64,000 nt of DNA. Source: Octopus sinensis (lineage: Eukaryota). Positions 36,791 through 49,181 of this stretch are shown here, piece by piece; position 1 is the first letter of the stretch; each line of letters begins with the position of its first letter. The position numbers were made by a program, and so were the translations under genes. The stretch covers positions 175,150,001 to 175,214,000 of the forward strand of contig NC_042997.1 in the NCBI RefSeq assembly GCF_006345805.1, given 5' to 3'. The notes beneath the pieces are model-generated. The model saw nothing but the letters and a program-made list of their open reading frames with translations. It did not search any database and was not told the origin of the DNA.

Positions 36791-39700
36791 CTTGAAAAGA
36801 AAACAGAAGAAACAGAATATATATAAATAAGCCAGGTGACCATTCAAAATAAAATAGTACAGGGCAAAATCTGATGATAACGTGTGATAAGGAAATCAAT
36901 CAAAGCAAAAAAAAATATTGTGAAGGCCCTCATAGTTTAGCTAGATATCTAGAGTGATGGATACATGTGTTAAATAAGTTTAAGATGAAATGAAATTTAG
37001 CATATTAGTCATCACATACTACCCCTGATAAGAATTGAAACCTGGATCTAATAGCAAACCAACAGAGCCAGTCAGGAAAACTTTGCTCTGAGATGGAACA
37101 CAGGAGAAGCTTCTAATTATTATCTCCAGGTTCAATGAACTCTGCATTACTACAAGCTAACAAGATAATTGCAGTGTTCCTGCTGCTTACAATGGTGAAC
37201 TGGTCTTGTTAACAGCTCCAACAGACTGAGCCCCCCAGGGGTGAAAGTTCTTTGGCTATAATATTGCAATCAGATATAACTGACCAATCAACGTCTAGTG
37301 CCCTATTGGATCAGTTAGTTGCAACTCGGTGGAAATACTTCACTCAAACTCAACCATATCCTTCTCGTGTTAGCACCAACTGATCGTGGCCACTTCCAGC
37401 CTCCCCTGGCACCCGTGCCAGTGGCACGTAAAAAGCACCTACTACACTCAGGGAGTGATTGGCATTATGAAGGGCATCCAGCTGTAGAAATACTGCCAGA
37501 TCAGACTGGAGCTTAGTGCAGCCTCCTGGCTTCCCAGACCCCAGTCAAACCGTCCAACCCATGCTAGCATTGAAAACGGACGTATGATGATGATGAATTA
37601 TTTAAAATCTGTTTTGCAAGCAAAATTTTTTTTTTTTAATGTGCATCATAATACATACAGAGTAATTCCAATGAAATACATTTGGCAAGTTTGCTATATG
37701 GTATATCACCATTTGTTTCAGCTTTTGTTGTTTCTTCGGTAAAGCACATATTTTCTTTAACCCTTTTGTTACAGTATTTATTTTGAGAAGCTCTGTGTCT
37801 TTCAATTAATTTTAAATATAATAAAGAATTTAGTAAAATAACTTAGTTATCATTAAGCTGGTGTTAGGAACATAAATTGTGACTAAAATTTGGTGGAAGA
37901 TTTTAATTAAAAACTTATGAAAATAAGACATTTGCACTCAGAGCCAGAGCCGGTTTCAGCCAGGTTAGTAATGAAAGGGTTAATCTTCAACGAGTGCCCT
38001 CCACCAAAAGCACTTACCAGCACTCAGTAACCACTGATTGTCTATTAAGATCACATGCCAACCATCTTTCTCCCACTCACATTAGTTGATGCCTTTAATA
38101 CTTAGCTGCTCTTTCAACTTAACCTCTTACTCAGACTAACATTACACATCCAACAGCTTTCCCAGATTTGCCACCAGCAAAACCAGTTGTTAAACTGGTT
38201 GTGGTGATAAGAGATTGGAATGTACAGTATAACTACATTGAGTCTCTTCTCCATTCTTCTCTTGTTAAATCTCCACCTACTACCCTCTTCATTAAGCCCT
38301 TATCTATCAGTCACCCACTAACCTATTTACACAACCACAACTGAGTAACAGAAAATTACATTTGATCTTTTCACATTTAATTCCTCCATTACCTTTCATC
38401 ACTATCTTCCACATCATTGCCTAAGTAACAAAGTTTGGCATCAAATCTGACCATATTCAGTTACCACTACCATCACCCACCCTTCTTCACAACAAGCTAT
38501 CTCTCACCAATACCCATCTCTACTGCTAGTTATCATTCATCATTATTGCTACCTCCATCATGCTACTCAAAATGTTTCTCATTCAATCTCCTTACCAACA
38601 ATTAACATGTACTCATCACGGTTTCTTCCATTACTCCTTCTCTCCCCTCATTCTCTTGGTCATCACTCATCTATTCACCCCTTAGTCATCACTCTGTTTT
38701 TCACGCCCTTAGCCCTTTAGCATTTAAACTGGTCGTATTCAGCCTAAATATTCTGTTTTATGTTCAAACTGGCCAGATCCAACCTCTCACACATATCAAA
38801 CTATGTCATTCTAGAAATATACTATCACATCATTGAAATCTCATAGCAATGAGATAATGCATGATTAATCCAAAGCAATCATCATCATCATTTAATGTCT
38901 GCTTTCCATGCTAGCATGGGTTGGACGATTTGACTGAGAACTGGCAAACCAGATGGCTGCACCAAGCTCCAATCTGATCTGGCAGAGTTTCTACAGCTGG
39001 ATGCCCTTCCTAATGCCAACCACTCCGAGAGTGTAGTGGGTGCTTTTACGTGCCACCGGCACGAGGGCCAGTCTGGCGATAAAAGCATTACATTTGACAG
39101 AGTAATCTGAATACTAAAAGGTTAATCATGTTTGCTTTGAAAGGATGGCGGCAACATAGAGAGGACTTGTCTTGCAAGAGATAAGACATCTCTAGTGCTG
39201 GTGCAACAATAAAATGCATTCCATACACTCAGGAAAGTAGTTAATTTAGGGGAATTTTTCAGTCATAGACACACAACCAAAGCTGGAACATATGAGTGAG
39301 ACATAATTCTGTGACCAATCCATGGAAACAATAACTCCAAATAAAAAATGACAGACTACAATGACCCCCTCCAACCCACATCAACATGGAAAGTGAATGT
39401 AAAACGACCAGAAGGTTTTTACAAACTTGTACTCCATAAATTTCTTTACTTCAATAAACAATCTGATTGCATTCTAATCAACAAAGGAACTGTCACATTA
39501 TCAATCAAGAGGGAAATAGCAGCTAAATCTCCCTCAAACTACTCTCTAGCATCTTTAAAAAATGTAGTAAGCTGAATGTAACCCTAAATGCCTGAACAAA
39601 ATTGAGATAGTCATGAGAGGTACACTTTTGGTTATGTCTTAACCAGGGTCATTTTTAGATAAACAACAATCTATTTGGCTACAATGGTAAATCAACTGAT

Positions 39701-42700
39701 GCTTACCTTTAAGTATAGTTATTGCCTCTTCTTTGGTTCTTTCTATCTTCTCTTGTCTCCATGAAGATGGTCGACGACAATCTTTGTGTTTGACTAACAG
39801 GTGTGAACACTGTACTACCTCTTCAGTTTCTTCAGCTGGCTTTGTGGGACGGTACCATTGACTTTTTTTAGTACAAAGGTTTATGTAGTACTCCTTGCCT
39901 GAAATTTGAACAAATCAGCTTCAAAACAGTTTTGCTAATAATATTGTTCCCTCCAATACTATCAAGAGAAAAATCAAAAAAATATAAAATTTAGCAGGTA
40001 AAGTATCAGGTCATACAAGGATAATTGCTTTAGTGTTAAAAGAATCAGTGAAAGAAGGTAGGATTATTTATGGGTTTCTTTCCTTTTCTTCAAATCTTTA
40101 ACACAGGCTTTCTCAACTATACTTTATCTATGGACCCTTTTGACTACTATTTAATTCTGGTGGACCACCATAGTCATTCGACGTTTAGAAACTAGTTTTA
40201 TAGAAACTTCTTTCAAAATTCTTATTTCGTTTTTCATCCATTAACTTGTGTGGGTTAAACCATGTAAAATGTTAACAAAATCTGTTTCTTGCAATAAATA
40301 CCAATACATACATATAAGAAAATTTTTTCAGAGGCCCTTAAAATATTATTGTGAATCCTCAATTTTCTATTTTGTTATGTGGACCCCCAAAAATCTTATA
40401 TGGACCCTGGTTTAGAACTACTGATTTAAAGAATCATAAAGTTAGATAAGTTAGATGAAATACTGAGGCTTGATAAACCAGAGATGATGTGTATAAAGCA
40501 GAGTGTAGTTTAGTGCAGTGTGTATACAGTAATTCAGTATAGTGTAATGCTGTTATTTAAATCAAGTCAATCCTGACTGAATAAACCTAGGATCAAAACC
40601 ATTCCAATTCCAGCCTTGACCAGCTTATTCTTTTTTTACAAGAATATAGTATTACATAGTGTAATGTTTATTTCCTTTCCTGACATGACAGGATGTGATT
40701 TGAGAGCTTGGCTAATTTTGTACTTGTGTGACAGCGTTCACCCGGGGTGGGTTGAGCTGGCTTTTTCTCTGGTCCTAACTGCATCACAAACCATGGCAGC
40801 CCATGCTCGACAGCCCCGTGCGAGGTCACTGGAGATAGTGAGCCATTTGCGGTTCCATCTGCGCAGACCGACCACCTGCGGACCTAATTTTAACCTGCAT
40901 TGTCTCTACTCATCTTACCGAATGTACAGTGGTGGATTTTATCTTGACAGCAGTACTAGTGAAGTTGCTTTGTATCCTACAAAGCAAAAGCGGGTCCTAC
41001 CAATTATATGTTGTTCAGAGCAATATGACCAAAAGATTGGGTAGGACAAGGAGTAAATACAGAAGATGAACTAGGGAGGAGGGGAAAAAAGCAAAAGTAT
41101 GATGACAGTGACAGAGTAACTGGGGCAACCATACGGAAGAAGAGAGAAATGGGAGAGATAATGTTAGATATGATGAAAAGGGACAGTAATGGTATGGTAT
41201 CATCACCACCATCATCATCAATATTTAAAGCCTGCTTGCCATGCTGGCATGGGTTGGATGGCTTGACAGGAACTGGTATGGTCAGGGGCCACACCAGGTT
41301 TCCATAGTCTGTTTTGGTTTAGATTTCCACAGCTGGATGCCCTTCCTAACAGTAACCACTCCACAGTGTGTGCCGAGTGCTTTTTACATGGCACCAGCAA
41401 CAATGCTTTTTACACCAATGCTTTATATGTGGCACCTTGGTTTCAGGATCTCGATAATGAGAGTAAGTCATTGCAAAAGGTTAGTGAAAGAGAGACTAAA
41501 TGATGGATATTCATAGAAATGGCTGATGGTAAAACAGTGAAACAGGTGCCAATAATGAGAGCCCAGGGACTAACATAATGATGGTTAGCAGAATGAAAGG
41601 AAATGCTCACTGATATTATAGAGTGTGAGTGATGGCAAAAGCGATGTGGTGGACAACGAAAAACCTGGCTGATGACAGTCAAGGCTGATCTGGAACCCAA
41701 CCTAGGCCCCCATATCTACAGCGTTTGCCGCTGGAATAAGGAGTGGTCGGAGATCACGCAGTTGTTAGCATCAAATCGCCAGGTCTGGTCGGCATTTGTA
41801 AGAGATGCAGCATTGAGGATGAATGAAGCCAGCTCAACCCACTCCAGGTGAATGCTGTCTCAAGACAAGACAAGGCTATGAGTGATGAAGAATGAAGTGG
41901 TAATGATAAGAGAATGATGGACATCAATAAAGAGGTGAGCTGAAAGGAACAGACACAAATAACAGCTACATGTCTGCTGGTAGCGAAGAGAGAGAGAAAG
42001 CATGAAGGAGGATCGAATACCATCAAGTATAGAAATATGACTATTCTGAAAGAATACTTTCATTTAAAATATCCTGTAATAAGTTATATTGACAATGTAG
42101 ATGTATAGTTGGCATTAGATAAAATAGTGATGGGAGGTTGTTATGACACTTATCTTCTTTCCTTAGTAAATAGGAAATATTTTTCATTATATATACACAC
42201 ACAATACTGAATACAGTACTGACTTTATTTCGAATGGAAAGTGCAGACTGCACCCACTTTCAGAAATCAACCTTCAGGAAGTTCCACAGAGACAATATCA
42301 ACAACTGACTCACCCACTTCTGTAGATGTCAATCTGTTATACAGATAAACTTAGTTCAGACTAAACCAACAATTAAACTATTATGAAAGAGGTCCCAAGC
42401 TTGATTCCAGAGCATATCAGTAGCACAAGTACATTCTACTTAAGCATCAAGTCAACCCAGGCCCAGTGTAACTGGGTAAACAGAAACTCTGTGCAAGTCC
42501 ATCATAATCATTTGACATCCACTTTCCACGCTGGCATGGGCTGGAGAGTTTGATAGGATCTGGTGAGTTACAAGGCCACATTAAGCTCCAGTGTTAGTTT
42601 TGCCATGGTTTCTACTGCAGGATGCCTTTACTAACACAAACCATTGTACTGGATGCTTTTTCTTCATGCTGCAGGCACTCATGAGGTTGCCATGTAACTC

Positions 42701-45700
42701 ACAAGATAAAAGAAGAACAGGGAAAACACTCCCACTACTAAGTGGAGAGTATCTGAGAAAGGAAGACTGCTTTATGCCAGGAGACAAGCACAGGTGTTTT
42801 GCTATAGAGGAGCACATGGCTAGTCTATATACTATATATAGACATAAATGGGAATAGTTGGGGAAAGAAAAAGAAGGTAATGATAGTGTCAGAGCAAACT
42901 CTCAAGGTACAAGAGGGTGAACATATGAGAGGCTACAGACAGTGGGCCATGGGAGAGAAAGGGAAAGTGTATACTTTCATAAAAGTATAAAGGGTTAAAA
43001 ATGGAGGTAGAGATGAATGTGGTAAGTGATGAACAAGGGAGAGGCATAGCAAGGGCCAGCCTGGTCACATCAATTCTGTCTAAAGAAGATATTAAGTGTA
43101 CAAGTGACTGTAAAGTACTCAACCACAATGAGAAGGTAGATCTCATGTTATAACATCACCATCATCAGCATCGTTTAACATCTACCTTCCATGCTGGCAT
43201 GAGTTGGACGGTTTGACAGGAGCCAGCCAGATAGAAGACTACACCAGGCTTCTGTGTCTGTTTTGGCATGGTTTTTACAGCTGGATGCCCTTCCTAAAAC
43301 CAACCACCCAGCAAAGTGGACTGAATGCTTTTTATATGGCACCAACATGGGCAAGGTCAGTTTTGGCATGGTTTTTACAGCTGGATGTCCTTCCAAATGC
43401 CAGCCGTGCATGTGGGTGTGGGTGTGCTTGTACAAAAAAAGTTATTCAATATGCCATATAGCATGTAAATTAATTCTAAATTAGAATGTCCCCTCTAGCA
43501 TAGCAATTCTCAAACAAGAGGCACTTGGCTCTTGAAGGAGGAATTTTAGCCAATGAAGGATTTCCAAAGTAAGAAAGAATGTACATTATGCACTACATAT
43601 TTATAACAAATGAAATACCAATATACACAACTATAAAGACAATCACAAATTTACAGTTTGCACAAAAAAAAAAAACGGAAAGAAAAAATGGCTCCTTCAG
43701 TGTTATCCCATTTACAACTATTCACTTAAAGAAGTTTGGAAAACATGTTCATAATGGTGTGATACTCAAGTCCCACAAGTGCTTCTTTTACTCTTCTCAA
43801 ATTTTTGATTGAATGTACTTATAGTGCTGTCACAGATGCCTCGACAACAGGACATCTCAACATTTGTGAGTACAGTAACCTTCAAGTAAAACCAACTGGA
43901 TTTGTATTTATGTAGTGTATTTCAGATAAAAACATCCTAGCAGAGTTCTCAACTCACAAGAGAGGAATTGATCTCACTACAGCAAACTGATGAAACATGT
44001 CATATGTCTAGTGTTCTTGCTGCATACAATGAATAGTCTTTACCTAACAATACATATTTACAGTTAGATGCAAAACATTTAAGGGTTGTCTCTTGGCCAG
44101 ACACACAACCAACAGCTGTGTCAATGACGGGGATAACAACCACTAATCTCTGGAACTCAACTGCTTTGGCCAGAGTTTGGGGAATCTTTTCTATGTTTAA
44201 AGGTTACACTAAAATTAACTGCCAACTGATAAGGATATATGTAAAAACATTTACAATGCTAAAATTATTTTGTAAAACATAATTAATTATTCATAAAAAC
44301 TCAAAATGAGAAAAAGGGTTTCAGAATAAGTGATTAACTGTCATCATCATCATCGTTTAACGTCCGTTTTCCGTGCTAGCATGGGTTGGATGGTTCGACC
44401 GGGGTCTGGGAAGCCAGGAGGCTGCACCAGGCTCCAGTCTGATCCGGCAGTGTTTCTACAGCTGGATGCCCTTCCTAACGCCAACCACTTCGTAAGTGTA
44501 GTGGGTGCTTTTTACGTGCCAATGGCACAGGTGCCAGGGGAGGCTGGCAGCGGTCATGATCGGTTGGTGCTTTTTACGTACCACCAGCACAGAAGCCAGT
44601 TCGGATGGTGCTTTTCACATGCTACCGGCGCAGGTATTTTCACGTGCCACCGACACTGTAGCTTTCAAAATTTGTTTCATTTAAAACAATAACAGTTACA
44701 ATTATAAAGAAATTTGAACAGGTGTTTTTAAAATTCCAGTTAGTTGAAAAGATAGACTTTTAATAAAAACTGAATGTATTCTAGTGAAATGATTTCACCA
44801 TAGACTGAACATCATTTAGAAGGTTGCAGGTTCTCCATCTCTAGCTTGTTCTTTTGCAAAGTGAGACCAGAATAAAACAAAATGAATCAACAGCGTATGT
44901 ATGCACAGCATTAAATTATCATCATTTAGCATCCGTTTTCCATACTGGCATGAGTTAGACGGTTTGACTAGAACTGGTAAACCAGATAGCTGTACCAGGC
45001 TCCGACCTAATTTTGGCCTGGTTTCTACAGTTAGATGCCCTTCTTAACACTGTGGGTGTATTTTAGTATTTTACATGTCACTGGTACGGGTCCCTTTTAC
45101 GTGTCACATTGTGTCAAAAAATAAAAAGTTTCAGCATAATGGATATTGGTAAATTTATGTAGCTCTGCTAAGACATCCAGAAGGCGGAAGTGGTACACCT
45201 TCAATGGGAAATACTCTTTCTCTCTCTCTACTTGTTTCAGTCATTTGACTGCGGCCATGCTGGTGCACCACCTTTAATCGAGCAACTCGACCCCGGGACT
45301 TATTCTTTTGTATGCCCAGTACTTATTCTATCGGTCTCTTTTGCCGAACCGCTAAGTGATGGGGACATAAACACACCAGCATCGGTTGTCAAGCAATGCT
45401 AGGGGGACAAACACAGACACACAAACATACACGCACATACATATATACGACGGGTTTCTTTCAGTTTCCGTCTACCAAATCTACTCACAAGGCTTTGGTT
45501 GGCCCGAGGCTATAGTAGAAGACACTTGCCCAAGGTGCCACGCAGTGGGACTGAACCCGGAACCATGTGGTTGGTAAACAAGCTACTTACCACACAGCCA
45601 CTCCTGCGCCTATCGCTCAATAAATTACCAACGCCCAATCTTGAAGCTTCCAGAAATTGGTTGTTTGAGAAATGATTTGCTGATGGGGAAGCTTTCTAGT

Positions 45701-46829
45701 TTTTCCTGACAGAAAATGCGCTCAAGATTTTTGGTTTGACTTCGAAAAGCTAAGCAGGAAATTTGGGTAAATTTGTATAATTTTACCGTCTTTGTTAGGA
45801 AAGACACAGGTATGGACTTCTCGGTCACTAAATGTAACACACAAACGACAAAAAGGACTAATGGTATATATATATATATATATATAATATATATATATAG
45901 AATGGTTGTATACTGTCAATCTAACAAGAACGTGACAGTAGGGGGTACACCACCGCTGTATAGCCCTAGGAAGCATCGAACGCCTCCTGATAGCTTTGAC
46001 ACATTTTTTCCCTGTGTCCTTATATACATGTGTCAAAGCTATCAGGAGGCGTTTGATGCTTCCTAGGGCTATACAGCGGTGGTGTACCCCCTACTGTCAC
46101 GTTCTTGTTAGATTGACAGTATACAACCATTCTATCGCCCCACCACCGTACATGTCTCTACGAGAGATTTAGAAATTCAATATTTCTTAATATTATATAT
46201 ATATATATATATCATTCAACCAAGAAACAGGGGTCTTTGAATTAGTGTGATAAAATAAGGATATGGGGTGGAAGCAAAGAACATGAGCGGTCATAAAGAC
46301 ACAAGAAAATTGAACAAGTTGAATGAGACATAAACACTACGAAAGAAAAGATGGGTTTAAGGCGTAACTCCTCTTGATATGAATAATTCGAAATTGTTCA
46401 TATTTTTAATTAATTAAAACCTCACAGTTTTATGTATTAAGTTGTGTTTCAAACACTGACTTAAATACTAAGTCGATCCTCCAAAATACATGATTATTTT
46501 CAAAATTAACTGAAACATACAAGAAGTGTCATTTGTAGAAAATACGGTCTCAAAAGGCTGAAAAGCTTTGGGATTGAAGGACAGCTATTATATATATATA
46601 TATATATATATATACAAATTTACCCGAATTTCCTGCTTAGCTTTTCGAAGTCAAACCAAAAATCTTGGAAAAACTAGAAAGGTTCCCCATCAGTAAATCA
46701 TTTCTCAAACAACCAATTTCTGGAAGCTTCAAGATTGGGCGTTGGTAATTTATTGAGCGATAGTATATATATATGTTAGAAGTATTGGGGGTGATGAACA
46801 GATTTAATACATATATATATGTATGTATG

Positions 46830-46864
<35 letters not shown>

Positions 46865-47356
46865 ACGCACACACACTCCTTCAATTCTACAGCAGTAAAC
46901 TTTTTTTTTTTTTGTAGATAGATAATACAGCTTTCGTTCGGAAAGGGAAAAATACTTCCGGTAAGGGACATAACCAAATCAAAGAGGCTCCTTTTTTTTT
47001 CCCCATTTTTTCTACTAGGGTCCCGTTTACCTTATTCTTAATTCTAATCGTATATAATTTATCTTCTTCTCTACACTATCATTGTCACATTATCACAGAC
47101 GGACGGCAATATAAATATTTTCACTCATTCGGGGGAAATTTTAGGAAACCGGAAAAAAAAAATAATAATAGAAAGAAAGCCATATGACAAGTGAAATAAA
47201 AAAATTTTATCTATCGAAAATCAATTAGGTATTTCGGAATAAAAAGAAAATAAGACTATAGAGTGCGCATACAAAAGATTGTAAATAGTTATATATTAGA
47301 ACTATCTTTTATGATATATCGTGATTAATTATTAACCTAAGCAATAGTGTAAATAA

Positions 47357-47391
<35 letters not shown>

Positions 47392-47580
47392 TCATTGATA
47401 GTGATGGAAAAAAAATAATTGATAATTACTATTTTAAAGGAGAAAAATTAACCACTAAGACTAAGTGAAAATTAGAAGGCTTTCTAAATATTACAAGTAA
47501 AATATATGTAATCAAAAATACAGCCCACCAGATTTGCGACTGATGCGTTTTTCCCAACCGGCTGGTAACTGATCGTCCAT
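36570..47580 (-). CDS. PIN1: Peptidyl-prolyl cis-trans isomerase NIMA-interacting 1 (Pin1/dodo), join(47529-47580, 39707-39898, 36570-36790), 154 aa
   Basis: [18 protein letters not shown]|[17 protein letters not shown]...[20 protein letters not shown]...ILKG|YLEQ...[24 protein letters not shown]...[12 protein letters not shown]. Exons of 52+192+221=465 nt, both introns GT-AG phase 1. WW tryptophans, the K/RR basic cluster, catalytic Cys104 and His50/His148 are intact. Confidence 0.97.
37400..37596 (+). mobile_element. Family D copy in Pin1 intron 2 (antisense to Pin1)
   Basis: Family D 3' half. Confidence 0.85.
38881..39075 (-). mobile_element. Family D copy in Pin1 intron 2 (sense to Pin1)
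   Basis: Reverse complement of the family D 3' half. Confidence 0.85.
39707..39898 (-). CDS. PIN1: Pin1 exon 2 (WW C-terminal half, linker, PPIase N-terminus)
   Basis: Acceptor aaatttcag|GC; donor AAAG|gtaagc; 192 nt, open. Confidence 0.97.
40700..40870 (-). mobile_element. LINE 3' end (RTE-like)
   Basis: GCCAGCTCAACCCAC...GGTGAACGCTGTCACACAAGTACAA; related to 41730-41880 in the opposite orientation. Confidence 0.5.
41211..41400 (-). mobile_element. Family D copy, intron 1
   Basis: Family D tail motif. Confidence 0.75.
41730..41880 (+). mobile_element. LINE 3' end (RTE-like) with a (CAAGA)n tail
   Basis: GCCAGCTCAACCCACTCCAGGTGAATGCTGTCTCAAGACAAGACAAG. Confidence 0.5.
43160..43400 (-). 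mobile_element. Family D copy, intron 1, with an internal duplication
   Basis: TTTTGGCATGGTTTTTACAGCTGGATG occurs twice. Confidence 0.75.
44340..44655 (-). mobile_element. Family D copy, intron 1
   Basis: Family D tail plus about four GCACGTAAAA-type modules. Confidence 0.85.
44918..45100 (-). mobile_element. Family D copy, intron 1, diverged
   Basis: Family D tail motif. Confidence 0.7.
45228..45610 (-). mobile_element. SINE family E, intron 1
   Basis: Near-identical to 33352-33731. Confidence 0.9.
45610..46763. repeat. Outer inverted repeat: 45610-45779 versus 46611-46763
   Basis: Three substitutions and one 17-nt indel by eye over about 152 bp. Confidence 0.92.
45897..46135. repeat. 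Near-perfect palindrome: 108-bp arms, 23-nt loop (TA-flanked fold-back MITE-like)
   Basis: 45897-46004 is the reverse complement of 46028-46135, with one mismatch (G45978/T46054). Confidence 0.95.
47529..47580 (-). CDS. PIN1: Pin1 exon 1 coding part (WW N-terminal half)
   Basis: atcATGG start context; [13 protein letters not shown]; donor G|gtgggc. Confidence 0.93.
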
Positions 47581-47714
47581 GATGAATCTCGAGTAGGTTT
47601 GTGCGCCTTTTACTGGAGCGGTGGAATACCGGTGTAAACTGAAATAGTTACAGACTAATATTATTTCTAAGCGTTAGCACACCGGGACAAGATTCTTATA
47701 GCTGCTTAGAAACA

Positions 47715-47880
47715 GTATTTCATTCGTCTTTACGTTCTTGGTTCAATTTCCGCCGAGGTTGAATGTGCCTTTCAACCTTTCAAGGTCGATGAAATAAGTA
47801 CCAAGTCGTGCACTGGAGCCGCAGTAATCGACGAGCTCCTCCCACAAAATTTCAAGCCTTGTACTTATTATGGTAGAAAG
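47715..47880 (+). mobile_element. SINE family F, 5'-truncated, just upstream of Pin1
   Basis: CGTCTTTACGTTCTTGGTTCAATTTCCGCCGAGG...GGTCGATGAAATAAGTACCA. Confidence 0.75.
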
Positions 47881-48031
47881 GATTATTTATAAATATTATT
47901 CTGTTTTCTTTTATATATTTCGATTTCGGATTTGTTGATTTTTTTTCAATCCCTGTTATTTATTTTCATATTTATTTAAGAAAAATTGTACTAAAAGATT
48001 TTTGTTTTCGAAATAGCGTGTACTCGAAATG

Positions 48032-48210
48032 AAATATTTGGCGTAACTTCGGTATAGGTACCCGAAGTACCGGATACATTTCAAGAAAGTGTTTTTTCTT
48101 AATATATATGGGGGGTTACGGTTGGGGGTGGGAGAAAAGGGTTTCTGTTATCTTCAGAAATGTAAACAAAGCCACTTACGGTACCTATACCGAAGGATCG
48201 CCAAATATTT
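48032..48210. mobile_element. Small MITE (about 180 bp)
   Basis: Perfect 16-bp IR CTTCGGTATAGGTACC (48047-48062 / 48180-48195), extendable to about 31 bp. The interior resembles the reverse complement of about 825-890. Confidence 0.7.
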
Positions 48211-48975
48211 TGATAGGTTTTTCCTAATCGCAACCATACATGTTTAAACTGGCAAATAACAGAACCCTCAAAACAAATATGATAATCTAAATTATCTGGC
48301 AAAGAATTGTCCAGTTATAAACGGTAATTTAGACAATGATCAAATATGCTAATTACACACCGTAGTCGATGGGATCACAAACATCTTATTTCTCAGTCCC
48401 TATCAACAACCCATTTTCGTTTTCCCGGACACACTCTCTATTCGAATTTCACTCTGAAGCGGGTGTATGCACATATGTCGATTTCAGCAATTACAACTTC
48501 CAGTCACTGACTCGAAGTCTCTCTCTCTCTATCTATCTATCTATTTACCTTTCTCTCTTTTATTCCCCTAAATACATGTTCCCTTTATCATTCTCAAACT
48601 CCTCAAACGAGTAATTCTTTGACCATATTTTCTACTGCATTCAGTATGAAACGTGAAAGGATCTATCATCGAAACACTGGCAGGGTGTCGAGATCCTTTC
48701 TAGTCACATACAAAAATTCTTGTAGAAAACAAACAGACGAAACTCAGGTTAAAGGTGAACAGACAACTTGGTTTATTGATTCATGGTTGTACGTTGTCTG
48801 ATGGGGGAATAGACAGCCTCTGGTATACTGCTGGTGTTGGTCGTTGAGGTTGGTTGAAGTTGGTTGAAGCTGGTGTGTGGCTGTCAGAGCCAGGAAAACC
48901 GTGACCGATCGCAGTGCTGTCTTGAGCCGAAGAGAGAGATTTGAGGTTCGCGGGCTCGAGAGATGTTTTCCCGCA

Positions 48976-49035
48976 CATGCGCATGGGGAAGACTTCCGGT
49001 GGCCACCCGGAAGTAGTCCCATTCTGCGCATGCGC
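48976..49035. promoter_or_regulatory. LTR motif cluster: inverted ETS-type pair and NRF1-type GCGCATGCGC
   Basis: ACTTCCGG at 48992-48999, CCGGAAGT at 49007-49014, TGCGCATGCGC at 49025-49035. Motif match only; the same cluster is in the other LTR. Confidence 0.4.
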
Positions 49036-49181
49036 GCCGAACCCTACACTGTAGCATCACTACAGGGCTCCCCTCCGAGTGCGAAGTACGGCAACCAGAA
49101 TATTGTGGTGTGCTGCAGAAACAGAAGGCTTGCCGATCCCCCAGAAGACTTGGTACATACTATTATACAATAAGAAACATT

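Noticed and set aside
36791-36899. N-terminal part of the 109-aa ORF-track entry (MISLSHV...LFSFQ)
   Set aside because: It is the intron 2 polypyrimidine tract read in frame with exon 3.
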